Source: Octopus bimaculoides (taxonomy: Eukaryota). From it: 64,000 nt of DNA. The translations under genes and the position numbers were made by a program. How positions within the stretch are numbered: position 1 is the stretch's first letter; the number at the start of each line of letters is the position of its first letter. Location of the stretch: assembly GCF_001194135.2 (NCBI RefSeq), contig NC_068987.1:93880784-93944783 (forward strand), read 5' to 3'. This document shows, one piece after another, positions 1-11,928 of the stretch. Under the pieces are notes generated by a model. That model was not told the origin of the DNA. It worked only from the letters and a program-made list of their open reading frames with translations, and made no database searches.

Positions 1-306
1 AGAAAATAATAGCACTGCAATAACAAGAAGAAGAAGGAAAAAAGCCAAGACAACAGCGTCAACAACAACGTCATTGAAAAAGTAGAAAAAAACATTAGTT
101 GTTCCATCAACAATAACAACAAAACAATTCAGCAAGAAATAAACAAAAATAAATAATCTGCGTAAGGGAAAAAAACAATACATTAAAAACAAATAACAAG
201 AAGGGAAGATCTTCGTTATTTTTAGGGAAGAGTAGTGGGTCCCTCGACATGGATCGAAGTAGGGCCATCATCATCATCATCATCATCATCATCATTCTCG
301 ATGTAT

Positions 307-344
<38 letters not shown>

Positions 345-460
345 TCTATCTATCTATCGTTCTCTCTCACTAAGCACACATACACACCGCTGCTACTACT
401 TTTGTTATTGAGGCTACATTCCCGGATCCCTTCACTTATTATTATTATTATTATCATCAT

Positions 461-1028
461 GGATAACTTCCAGCTGTCCTCGGCCTGGCAGTGCTACCGG
501 GGTGGGGTGGGAGACGTTACCTGTTCGAGATAAACTCTTCAGGCACGGATATGCTGTCAGACGGGCTTGTCCGAGGTACGCGCAGAGTGACGAAACCGTT
601 TTTCACTCACTCGTTCAGTGTCCGGGCATTGCTGACTCGTGAGATTATGTCGAAGAGCTGCTGCTACGTATGGGAGGGAACCCATCTATCAGCCGAATCT
701 GTAGTGATGATTGCGCCGCCGCACTCCTTCAATCAGGCAGGCAAAGCAGTTTTCCTTTGCCTGCTGGCTGTGGTGAAAGAGGTTTTTTGGTGACAGACAC
801 ATTGCTATTTGGTAGAGTTCTCATTCATTTCTTTGAGTTTCACTTTTTAGATATTCGTTTGCTCTGTATATGTCCCTTCCTATTCATTGTAAACCTTATA
901 GACGGATGTTTATTATTTTATTTTGTTTTCTAATTATTTTCTCTTTCCATTATATGTAAATCCCCACACTTTATTTCTGTCTTTCTATCGTACCACTCAA
1001 CCGTCGCCCTGCTGGCAAATTTAAAAAA
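461..1028 (+). mobile_element. Tx1/L1-clade LINE, 5'-truncated 3' end (ORF2 C-terminal zinc-knuckle region plus 3' UTR)
   Basis: Translates to RDKLFRHGYAVRRACPRYAQSDETVFHSLVQCPGIADS*DYVEELLLR...SAESVVMIAPPHSFNQAGKAVFLCLLAVVKEV, a degenerate C-x2-C-x7-H-x4-C motif. Aligns by eye with 59965-60567. The 3' UTR ends ggcaaatttaaaaaa. Confidence 0.88.
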
Positions 1029-1079
1029 TCACCGTCATCATCACCATCACCATCACCATCATCATCATCATCATTATAA

Positions 1080-1545
1080 TTCTTGAATGAGAAAGCAGTG
1101 CATGCCATCAAAATGACACTGGGGTTCAATATACGAAGTCCTGTATACCCAGCATGACTACCCGACTGATAAGGGTACACCAGGCACATGGATCACAACC
1201 ATACGCGATAAGGTGATCACATTTCAAGATAAACAGAGGGTGACCTTGCGGTTGGAGCCCAGTTAGTATTTTGTTCAGGTCGAGTAGCCCATCCGGCTCA
1301 AAAGGTCCCTCAATAAGGGTTGTTCGAGAATGTTGAACGAAATTTCCATGTTTCTAAAGGAGAATTATTCAAACCCTAAAGAATTCCTCTCAACACATGA
1401 CACTGATGTTCCCCCACTACGTCTGCTCGTGATCAGAGATGCATATATCATTAGCTACTAAGTGACAGGTTCAACTGATTAAGGTCAAGCAACTGACAAA
1501 TAAATTTGTGGTATTGAGCGGAATTTTTGCTGCTACCCTGCTTAC
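1080..1545. repeat. Interspersed repeat, unclassified
   Basis: Higher-complexity segment (gagaaagcagtgcatgccatcaaa...gtgatcagagatgca...) that I recall as a common octopus repeat. There is no second copy in the window to confirm it. Confidence 0.4.
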
Positions 1546-4500
1546 TTTCAATGCTCGGTGCTTTGTCATGTTTTTATTGCGCTCTACGTGGCATGTGCGT
1601 GCGCTGCCTAGCAATAACATTTTCTATGTGTGTCGCATATTTTTATATCTTGGAATTTTGGTTTTAAATTCGTCTACATGCCTTTTAGTTTACTTTATTC
1701 TATTATTCATTTCATACTTGTTTATATATTTCATATATAATAACTACTTGAATCGATCGTCTACACCCGAAAGAATACATCGGCAAACAACTTGTAAACT
1801 TGCTTGTAGCTAAATCTAAAATCATTAGCTTTTAAATGACACTTTCAGTAGGAAGAATTTCCCTCGATACAGCTGCTATTTTGCTTTTAAAGACTAAAAT
1901 ATTGTCTCTTATCTCTCGATTCCTAAACTTCCAACGTGCTGTGAAGACAAGAAAAATCACATTCCATGTATTTCCTTCAGATTATAATTATTTCCTTAAT
2001 GAAATGTCTGAGTTAATAAATGACAGGTTATTTCATATTGACGATTTCTAAAAAGAATGAAATAATAGTATGCATGAAAACCACCAGCTGGTAATTGCAG
2101 TAGCTTCGCAAATACGTGCACAATAGAATTTTAATAAGTGAATTCTACGCATTTTGTCCTGGCAGGCCCTTAATTTCAGATTCAAATTACTCACGCGTAA
2201 TATTATAAAGAAAGGATGATCTTCCTTGTTATAGCTGCCATCTTTAGGAAAACGCATTTGAAGCTCAAGCATGAGAAAAAGGAAAGGTGAAAAAGGGGGC
2301 ATAGCATATCTCCGTATCACTGAAAACGGGATGAGATGTTTCATATCACCTCGAAGAACGGTAGTACATAGCTTAACCGATACTTGAAAAGTCGGGGCTT
2401 ATGTTACATGCAGTATCTATCTTATTTTGAACACGTAGAATAAAGCAAGGCAACAGACCAACCCGCTCATATCATTCATGGGATTGTGCAGGTAATCTAG
2501 ATTGGTAGTAAAATTAAAACGTCTCGTTATATATTCGTTTGACCCTCACCCTTCGTACCCCTTCGCTATATTACCCATCGTCTCACTAATACACCCCCAC
2601 TTCAAACATGTCTTTGTTCACCCTCTAGTTGAAAATCCTCATTGAATCGCTTTCCACTTAGTTTTACGATGCAATATAAATTTATAAACGCTGTAAGATA
2701 TTGAAAATCTGCTTTTCTTTTAATGAGATTATTGAATCTTTTGATGAGAATGTTGTGACACTGCTACAACGAGCTATCAAAATCCGTGCTGCTTGATATT
2801 TTACATTGCTTTTATGTATAACTCGCAATATTGACTCAATATTATACTAGCTTGCATAATATGCATTGCAATATCAGCCTGTCATCGACCTTTCGAAACA
2901 ACTGTAAGGATTTGGGTTGATGACATCACGTTGGATACCCATCGTTTGCATATAGATATACACCTTACATCTTTTACCGTCTCTATGTCTCTCTCTTCAA
3001 ACGCACACACACACACACATACATGTGCACACACATCCGCAAATATATATGTGCGTGCGTGTGTGCGTGTGTGTGTGTGTGTTAGTGAGTTTGCAAGGTG
3101 TGTCTTTATATCATCATCATCATCATCCTCATTATCATTATCACCAATACCACCACCACCACCACCATCATCATCATCATCTTATAACTCTTGACAACGG
3201 CAAAACGGAAACACAAACAGCAAACTGGTATTTCCTTGTTTGATTGAAGTCAAGTACAGACCATGGAGCGGGTAGTGGTGGTGGTGGTGGTGGTGGTGGT
3301 GGTGGTGGTGGTGGTGNNNNNNNNNNNNNNNNNNNNNNNNNNNNNNNNNNNNNNNNNNNNNNNNNNNNNNNNNNNNNNNNNNNNNNNNNNNNNNNNNNNN
3401 NNNNNNNNNNNNNNNNNNNNNNNNNNNNNNNNNNNNNNNNNNNNNNNNNNNNNNNNNNNNNNNNNNNNNNNNNNNNNNNNNNNNNNNNNNNNNNNNNNNN
3501 NNNNNNNNNNNNNNNNNNNNNNNNNNNNNNNNNNNNNNNNNNNNNNNNNNNNNNNNNNNNNNNNNNNNNNNNNNNNNNNNNNNNNNNNNNNNNNNNNNNN
3601 NNNNNNNNNNNNNNNNNNNNNNNNNNNNNNNNNNNNNNNNNNNNNNNNNNNNNNNNNNNNNNNNNNNNNNNNNNNNNNNNNNNNNNNNNNNNNNNNNNNN
3701 NNNNNNNNNNNNNNNNNNNNNNNNNNNNNNNNNNNNNNNNNTGGTGGTGGTGGTGGTGGTGGTGGTGGTGGTGGTAGTGTTGGTGGTGGCGGTAGTGGTG
3801 GTGGCATTGACAACTTTGGCTGATGTTGGTAATGATGGTTTAGTCACGTTAATGATAATGATGATGATGATGATGATGGAGATGATGTTGGTGATAATGA
3901 TGCTGGTTATAACGGTGTTCGTCTCTATGATGGTAATGTTGGTGGTGGTCATTACGGGGAAGCTTATGGTGGTAACTAACTCCATAACAGGATACAAAAA
4001 GAAGCCCCGCTTGGAATAGGACAAGTATGTCACAGAGAAAGGAGGGGAATCAAGATGTTTCTCTTGAACTGATCGAATGGTTCCACTCGATAGAAAGTGG
4101 AACTTCTCAATAGAAGGAAACAAAGAATTTTACAAATAGATAACAAAGCAGATAACAAAAACAAAATCAAAATCTAAAGTACGACACAAGAAAAAAAAGC
4201 AGTAAACAAACAAAGAAGAAAAAGAAATGGATTCGGTTTTGGTTGAAGGCCAAAAATTTCGTTGTAGGCTAAATTCGGAGTACAATGGACATAAAGTTTA
4301 TTGTCAAGAAGAATAACCCTTGAATGGTGAATAGATTCAAGAGCTGCGAAGACCATTCGCCAATTCCTGCAGACAACATTTCATTATCGCTTGCAAACAC
4401 ATACTTGTGTGTAAACTGTTCAAACTTGCGCACACATATGCACACATGTACACATACACGCGTACGTGCGCACGCACATATATGCACACATGTACACATG

Positions 4501-4820
4501 CATGCGTACGTGCGCACGCACACACCCCGCCCCAAAAGCCATGCACACGTGTACACACTACGCAAAAGTGCAATGAAACATGCACACATACATAAACATG
4601 TTTATTGGTATGTATTTATGTACATATGTGTCCGTGTTTGCCGGCGCGCGTGTCCGTATGTATGTGTGTGTGCGTGTGTTTATATATATTTATACACACA
4701 CACACATACACAAGCACACACACACACACACGCACATGAACATACAAACAAGTATACATGCCAGCATTTATGCGTTTATACACGTGCAATTTCGGGTTTG
4801 ATTCTTTGACTACGTATTTA

Positions 4821-4852
<32 letters not shown>

Positions 4853-6491
4853 TGTGTGTGTGTGTGAAAGACAGAGAGATAGAGACAAAGAGTGGTGAGA
4901 GATTAAAAGTACATGGACAGAGTTACGTGTGTTTTATGTCCCAGGGTTAAACAAGAAACTGTGAAAATGAGAGGAGAGGGAGAAAATAGATGCAAGTCTG
5001 ACGTGCCAGATGAAAGAAGGAAGCAAAACAAAAAAAAAACTGGCAAATTTCCTAAAACGATGGGTGATTAGTGGAAAGCATGTTTGAATGAATATAGTGT
5101 AAGAGGTGAGCGAGGAAAGAGGGTAGACTTGTATATTCATTGGATGATGGCTAATAACACTGGAATCAATACCACACATGAGGTGCCTATTTCAAGGCTT
5201 GGTGTTCAAGCCTATGCTATTTCCGTATATATTGGTCATTTAGTTGTTTGGGACAAACTGTACCCTAATTCAACAACAATATTCAACAATTCACCAATAA
5301 ACACACCCAGTCGCTCCTTTTCTCTCCCGTTTTCTGTTTTTGTTTTGCAGTCATATATTAATATTTGATATTTTTTCGTTTTCATACAAATATTTTGTGG
5401 AATAAGAATGAAATGTCGCGTTTGTTGTCGCGTTTGTGGTATAAGACCAGTTTTGGGTTTCATCGGTGAATCAGTTCGTTTAATTTCAAATATGCTCTTC
5501 ATGCATTCATTCAGATGAGATTATTTACATTCATTTACATTTACTGAACAAATATTTACACATAAATATATTTACAGAGCCACAATCATAGCCTGTCTGT
5601 AAACTTGATTCAATGATAGTTGGAACAGTTTGAGAAAAGCATCCAATTTACTGGTTACGACCTCTTTACAGAATATAAGATGGAAATACGAATAGAATTG
5701 AAGCAAAACTCATCCATTCAAAACATGTTTGCTGCGTCGTACATGATGTCGAACCGACAATAACGACCAGAGTAACAATATAACACTAATTATGAATAAA
5801 TATGCACACGGAAATTTAACAATATGCATTTAAATTTCATGTGAAATTAACCCGACCGAAGTGGTTTCAATTGACCATGGGTTATAAATGAGATATTTCT
5901 GAACACAAGGGAACAACTGGTGGGCCACGCCATCTTTATAAATCACGAGAGTTTAAGATATTGAATAGTGGAAGATGTAAGATTTATGATTAATTGTAAT
6001 AGATTCATAGATGCAGAAAGGAACTAAAATACGAAAACATTTTCAAGAAATAAGAAATTAAATTTACACAAAAAAGAATTTAAATCTTTCGAGAGAAATC
6101 TGATATTTGTTTGTAAACAACATGGCGACTGATGACTTAGAACGTCGGGGATCTGATCAGTGAAGTAAAGCCAAACCTGGGTCTGCTTAGAAATTTGATG
6201 ACGATTTTTATCTTATTGTACAAACACACACACACACGCACACACACACATTTGTGTGTGTATATTTGTCTATATACGTGTGTGTACGATCTCGCATATG
6301 AAAGATGGTAATCAGTAACAAGATCCCATTTTACTCATTTAAATACTATTAAATTAGCTGACGCCACATATTATCATTTAACTAATATACTGACATAACA
6401 TGTGCTGTGGTTTAATTGTAAATTAATTTACAGGTGCACATTAACAAGCATACTTTTAATATTGTTGTGGAGACTGGTTCCATAGTTAAAC

Positions 6492-6572
<81 letters not shown>

Positions 6573-6879
6573 ACACACACTCACACACACACTCATCGTG
6601 CATTACTTATCTGCTATTCTCACCTGTTTATTGCGTTATATCTGTAGTTATACCTTCCTTCGCTCTTGAGAGTTCCTAATTAGTTATGGAAAACACAGAC
6701 AAATACAGGTGCATCTAATAACATATAACATAAATCCTTGACTTATGAAAATTATCTCTGCTTCTAGATGATTTATCACAATTCCCAAATGGCAATTAAT
6801 ACCGACTCCTTTTTAGAAAGGGAGATAATCTCGAAAGTTAAGGCGACAAGTCATTAAGAAAAAAGAAAAGGCAAGAGTA

Positions 6880-6930
6880 CAATTAGGGAGACATGTTTCT
6901 AGCTTACTAGCCGTCATCAGAAGAACAATT
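6880..6930 (-). ncRNA. Degenerate minimal hammerhead ribozyme motif
   Basis: Minus strand reads CUGAUGA cGGCU-agua-AGCUa GAAAC AU GUC. Core and GUC triplet are intact and stem III is palindromic (ACAUGU), but proximal stem I is unpaired. Confidence 0.4.
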
Positions 6931-7057
6931 GTCCAACCTGCAGAAGCCTAGGGGCTTAGACTTATGCAAAAGAGTGTGGAACACATTTTTCGCCAAAGGA
7001 ATTTGAAGAATTTTAACAAAACTTAGCAGCTAAGACAAATAATCCTTTCTACAATAG

Positions 7058-7258
7058 ACACAAGGTCTGAAATTTTCGGGGAAGGGACTAGTCGATTACA
7101 GCGCCCCTAGAGTTTCACTGGTACTTAATTTATCGACCCCGAAAGAATGAAAGGCAAAGTCTACTGCGACGGAATTTGAACTCAGAACGTAGCTACGGGC
7201 GAAATACTGTCAAGTATTTCGTCCTGCGTGCTAATGATTCTACCAACTCACCGCCTTA
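7058..7258 (-). mobile_element. tRNA-derived SINE with a Meta-like central domain
   Basis: Minus strand has head aaggcggtgagttggtagaatc, B-box-like gagttcaaattcc, and central gcctttcattctttcggggtcgataaattaagtaccag. Related decayed copies lie at 39300-39430 and 57460-57610. The domain name is from recall. Confidence 0.75.
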
Positions 7259-7664
7259 GCTATTAAGAGAAATAACGCCGAGTGACCAGTGGCATAATAA
7301 TCCCAGCATACTTTCACTGGGGCCTTTAATTAATTAAATCTGTTGCAATGAGAGGAAGGCATGTATGTATGTTTCATAATCATAACCATTTAAACTTATA
7401 TACAATTTACTTGATCGATGACTGCCTGAGTTCATTTGTTAATTAATTAGTACGTATTAATTAATTTTTGTACTGATATATATGTAAGTATTCGTGCATA
7501 TATGTAAGTATATATATATATATATATATTTATGCACTATTTTGCGTATATTCTACTGATGAAGGCAAAGCATTTCTTATGCAGAGCCAGAAATCTGGAA
7601 CCTGCAATTATCCAATAATTTTTTTGCTAGTTCATTTTGTCTCTTTGTCTTCTCTCCTGGTAGT

Positions 7665-7973
7665 GGAGGTGCAATGGCTCAGTGGTTAGGGCAGCGGACT
7701 CACGCTCATAGGATCGCAGTTTCGATTCCTAGACCGGGCGTTGTGAGTGTTTATTGAGCAAAAACACCTAAAGCTCCACGAGGCTCCAGCAGGGGATGGT
7801 GGCGAACCCTGCTGTACTCTTTCACCACAACTTTCTCTCACTCTTTTTTCCTGTTTCTGTTGTACCTGTAATTCAAAGGTTCAGCCTTGTCACACTGTGC
7901 CACGCTGAATATCCCCGAGAACTATGTTAAGGGTACACGTGTCTGTGGAGTTCTCAGCCACTTGCACGTTAAT
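7665..7973 (+). mobile_element. tRNA-derived SINE (family B), 3' end runs into a gap
   Basis: A box tggctcagtgg and B box gtttcgattcc. The body gtacctgtaattcaaagg...ctgtggagttctcagccacttgcacgttaat is shared with 20345-20648 and 23578-23903. Confidence 0.85.
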
Positions 7974-8719
7974 NNNNNNNNNNNNNNNNNNNNNNNNNNN
8001 NNNNNNNNNNNNNNNNNNNNNNNNNNNNNNNNNNNNNNNNNNNNNNNNNNNNNNNNNNNNNNNNNNNNNNNNNNNNNNNNNNNNNNNNNNNNNNNNNNNN
8101 NNNNNNNNNNNNNNNNNNNNNNNNNNNNNNNNNNNNNNNNNNNNNNNNNNNNNNNNNNNNNNNNNNNNNNNNNNNNNNNNNNNNNNNNNNNNNNNNNNNN
8201 NNNNNNNNNNNNNNNNNNNNNNNNNNNNNNNNNNNNNNNNNNNNNNNNNNNNNNNNNNNNNNNNNNNNNNNNNNNNNNNNNNNNNNNNNNNNNNNNNNNN
8301 NNNNNNNNNNNNNNNNNNNNNNNNNNNNNNNNNNNNNNNNNNNNNNNNNNNNNNNNNNNNNNNNNNNNNNNNNNNNNNNNNNNNNNNNNNNNNNNACACG
8401 CACACATATATTTAAGTATTTAAAATCACTTTGGCGAAGGATATCGTAACTTGAAACCTAAAGTGTTTGTGGTCTATCCATTTGGCCTATATTTCATTGT
8501 TTCTAGTGCAAGGCACTTGTGTAAGAGAACAACACTTCATATATAAAATTCCACGTGCCGGTTGTAGCAACATTTTTTTTTCTAGCGGACGTAAAGATTC
8601 GGTGTTTATTAACTACAAACAGACGGCAGACTCTTCACCAAGGAACCACACATGACTGAGACAATAAAATACTGTCACTTCCGTATTTTCTCTGTTCGTG
8701 AGGTTACAAAATTGTACCA

Positions 8720-8758
<39 letters not shown>

Positions 8759-9454
8759 GTCTGTGTTTCTCTGTGTGTGCATATATTTATGTGTGTACGA
8801 CCATATGTGCTCAAACATGCATATATAGACACATATATTATAAATATATATATATATATAAGTATGTATGTATGTATACATGTATGTATGTATGTATGCA
8901 TGTATGTATAAGCGTGCGTTTTTTTTATGTTTATCCATGATAAAACAATCTTGCATTAGGCTGTTGACTCTTACATTTCACACGATATGTAAGAGAGTTT
9001 TTTTCCCCCCTTTTTTTGCATCCTAGGGTTCATCTGGAACACATTTTACCCAACAGATTTTGTGCTGTTCTCAATTTAGACACCGACCTTGCTCACATGG
9101 CTCAGAGAAGCATATTCTCGGTTTTTAGATTCTGAAACATATCCCCCACACCCACACCCATACACACATGCACACACGCACAGACTCACGCGTGGACGCG
9201 AGCGCGCGCTGGCAATCGCATGCACAAGTACGCGCGCACAAACTTTGCCCATCACGCGTGCGCACACCCGTTGTTGTTCATGTTTTGCTACCGTTGTAGT
9301 TATTGTTGCTATTGTTGTTGCTGTAACTGTTATCCCATAGTTTGCCCGAATCTGTTACATTCGGAATCCACGTCCTCGACACGGGGTCACAGCTACTTTC
9401 CACAGATATCGAGGACCTGTTTTACAATCCTTACTGTTCCCATTAGAGTATGCT

Positions 9455-9793
9455 GAGACCCCTTCGGTCATGACTGACCATGGGATTGTACCAAGAAAGC
9501 TACCCTCCCAGGCACAAGTCCAAGCAAGGTGGTTTATGGAAGACCAGCAGTCAGCCATGCTTACCAGCCTCCCCCGTCTCCACGTCACCAGTATTATCCA
9601 AGGGAAAGGCAAAGGGGCCGATACAGTTTGGCACCTGTGACGTCGCAATTCATTTCTACAGCTGAGTGAACTGGAGCAACGTGAAATAAAGTGTCTTGCT
9701 CAAGAACACAACACGCAGCCCAGTCCGGGAGTCAAACTCACAACCTCACGATCACAAACTCGACGCTCTAACCACTGAGCCATGCGCCTTCAC
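9455..9793 (-). mobile_element. tRNA-derived SINE with CORE-like domain (family C)
   Basis: Minus strand has A box tggctcagtgg, B-box-like gagtttgactccc, and ttgagcaagacactttatttcacgttgctccagttcactcagctg (shared with the family B head region), followed by a different 3' body. Confidence 0.8.
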
Positions 9794-10104
9794 ATCAATT
9801 AGAGTAGATTTCTAAATTAATGGAACTCATGTAGTTACACTAATCTTAATCAGGGACCTGTTAAGTTTGTAGCTAACCTTCCCTAGGCTACCTTGAAATT
9901 CCCGCTAACGCAGTCTTGAGGCCAGAACCAAAACAATTCCCTTTGTTTATAAAATAAATCACATTCGTTGATGTAGCTTTGGGCCGTTGCTTCAGTATTT
10001 CTTAGTTGGTTTGCCTGTGGCTTTATCGGTTTGGTGCTCCTTTTTCTTCTATTGATGGCGAATGGGCGGAGTTTTAATATGATTTTGTTGTTTTATATCT
10101 ATTA

Positions 10105-10298
10105 TTATTTTCTTTTACTTGTTTCAATCATTTGACTGCGGCCATGCTGGAGCACCGCCTTTAGTCGAGCCAATCGATCCCAGGACATATTCTTTGTAAG
10201 CCTAGATTTTATTCCATCCGTTTCTTTTGCCGAACCGCTAAGTTTCGGTGACGTAAACGCACCAGCATCGGTTGCCAAGCGATGTTGGAGGTGGGAAT

Positions 10299-10340
<42 letters not shown>

Positions 10341-10577
10341 ACGCACGCACACACACNNNNNNNNNNNNNNNNNNNNNNNNNNNNNNNNNNNNNNNNNNNN
10401 NNNNNNNNNNNNNNNNNNNNNNNNNNNNNNNNNNNNNNNNNNNNNNNNNNNNNNNNNNNNNNNNNNNNNNNNNNNNNNNNNNNNNNNNNNNNNNNNNNNN
10501 NNNNNNNNNNNNNNNNNNNNNNNNNNNNNNNNNNNNNNNNNNNNNNNNNNNNNNNNNNNNNNNNNNNNNNNNNNNNN

Positions 10578-10608
<31 letters not shown>

Positions 10609-10763
10609 TAAATATATATATACGACGAACTCCTTTCAGTTTCCATATACCAAATCCACTGACATGGCTGGGGTAAGCCCGAGGCTATAGTAGAAGACAC
10701 TCGCCCAAGGTGCCACGCAGTGGGACTGAACCCGGAACCATGAGGTTGGGAAGCAAGCTACTT
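10105..10763 (-). mobile_element. tRNA-derived SINE (family A) with internal (CA)n/(TA)n; head interrupted by the Tx1 insertion
   Basis: Shares ctttcagtttcc...gaggctatagtagaagacac...cccaaggtgccacgcagtgggactgaacccggaacc with 24911-25070 and 48703-48862. The 3' body (gcggccatgctggagcaccgcc) is shared with 19680-19970. The sequence stops at gggaagcaagctactt and resumes at 15109. Confidence 0.9.
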
Positions 10764-11928
10764 TATTTCATAAATATTTGCCATAAAGGCATTACAAAGA
10801 GGGGACGAACAAGGACAGACAAACATAAAAGGATGAAGTAGCTGTAGTGATTAAAAAATTAACGATTTATAAATACAATAATTTGATTATATTTACAATG
10901 TTCGATTAAAGCATTGCTCATTACAGATGCAATTTGTAATGGCTTTCCTGAAGGATAGGCTTCCGACCACCAGGGTAGACCCCTTGCTTTTTCTTTCCTT
11001 TTTTTTTGTTTTGCCTTCCACTTACCTGGTGCCAAACACTCCCAGCTTCCTCGCCACAGGTTTCCATCTTCTCATGAATCTGTCTCGTGACAGATACCTC
11101 TTCTCCAGCCTGATCTTACTACTGAGGTAGTAACAAAAAAAGTTAACTAACCCCTGGCCAGATACAAAGGTATCCGTCACTATGCCTCTTACNNNNNNNN
11201 NNNNNNNNNNNNNNNNNNNNNNNNNNNNNNNNNNNNNNNNNNNNNNNNNNNNNNNNNNNNNNNNNNNNNNNNNNNNNNNNNNNNNNNNNNNNNNNNNNNN
11301 NNNNNNNNNNNNNNNNNNNNNNNNNNNNNNNNNNNNNNNNNNNNNNNNNNNNNNNNNNNNNNNNNNNNNNNNNNNNNNNNNNNNNNNNNNNNNNNNNNNN
11401 NNNNNNNNNNNNNNNNNNNNNNNNNNNNNNNNNNNNNNNNNNNNNNNNNNNNNNNNNNNNNNNNNNNNNNNNNNNNNNNNNNNNNNNNNNNNNNNNNNNN
11501 NNNNNNNNNNNNNNNNNNNNNNNNNNNNNNNNNNNNNNNNNNNNNNNNNNNNNNNNNNNNNNNNNNNNNNNNNNNNNNNNNNNNNNNNNNNNNNNNNNNN
11601 NNNNNNNNNNNNNNNNNNNNNNNNNNNNNNNNNNNNNNNNNNNNNNNNNNNNNNNNNNNNNNNNNNNNNNNNNNNNNCCGAGAGAGTAGCTGAAGTGCTT
11701 AGTGGCACTCCAATTGCCAGTCCCCCAGCGTAGATCTCTGCTTGATCCAATTACCGATGTCCGTTAAGGACGTTAATTTCGGGAGGTAGAACCGGACGTG
11801 CGGTGACCACACCTGCTCTCCATCCAGGTAGAGCCAGAGGTGCTTCAGCCTTAACGCGAATTTTCGCATCCTCAGCCAAGGCATCTCTAGCCCACCCTTC
11901 AGCGGTTTCTGGCAGCAGACAGAGCGCT

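Noticed and set aside
6115-6170. caacATGGCG start context or YY1-like motif
   Set aside because: Stop after 13 codons with no donor before it. Short motifs like this recur by chance.
7550-7605. CUGAUGA-A-GGC...GCC-A-GAAA hammerhead-like motif
   Set aside because: Stem II is plausible but there is no NUH triplet and no stem I. Too degenerate to call.
7665-7740. tRNA genes suggested by A/B boxes
   Set aside because: No complete cloverleaf or acceptor stem. Each head continues into a shared SINE body.
9340-9416. Two adjacent hairpins (ccgaat/attcgg and gtcctcga/tcgaggac) with an HDV-like TCCTCG loop
   Set aside because: The P1, P2 and P1.1 pairings required for an HDV-like ribozyme could not be built on either strand.
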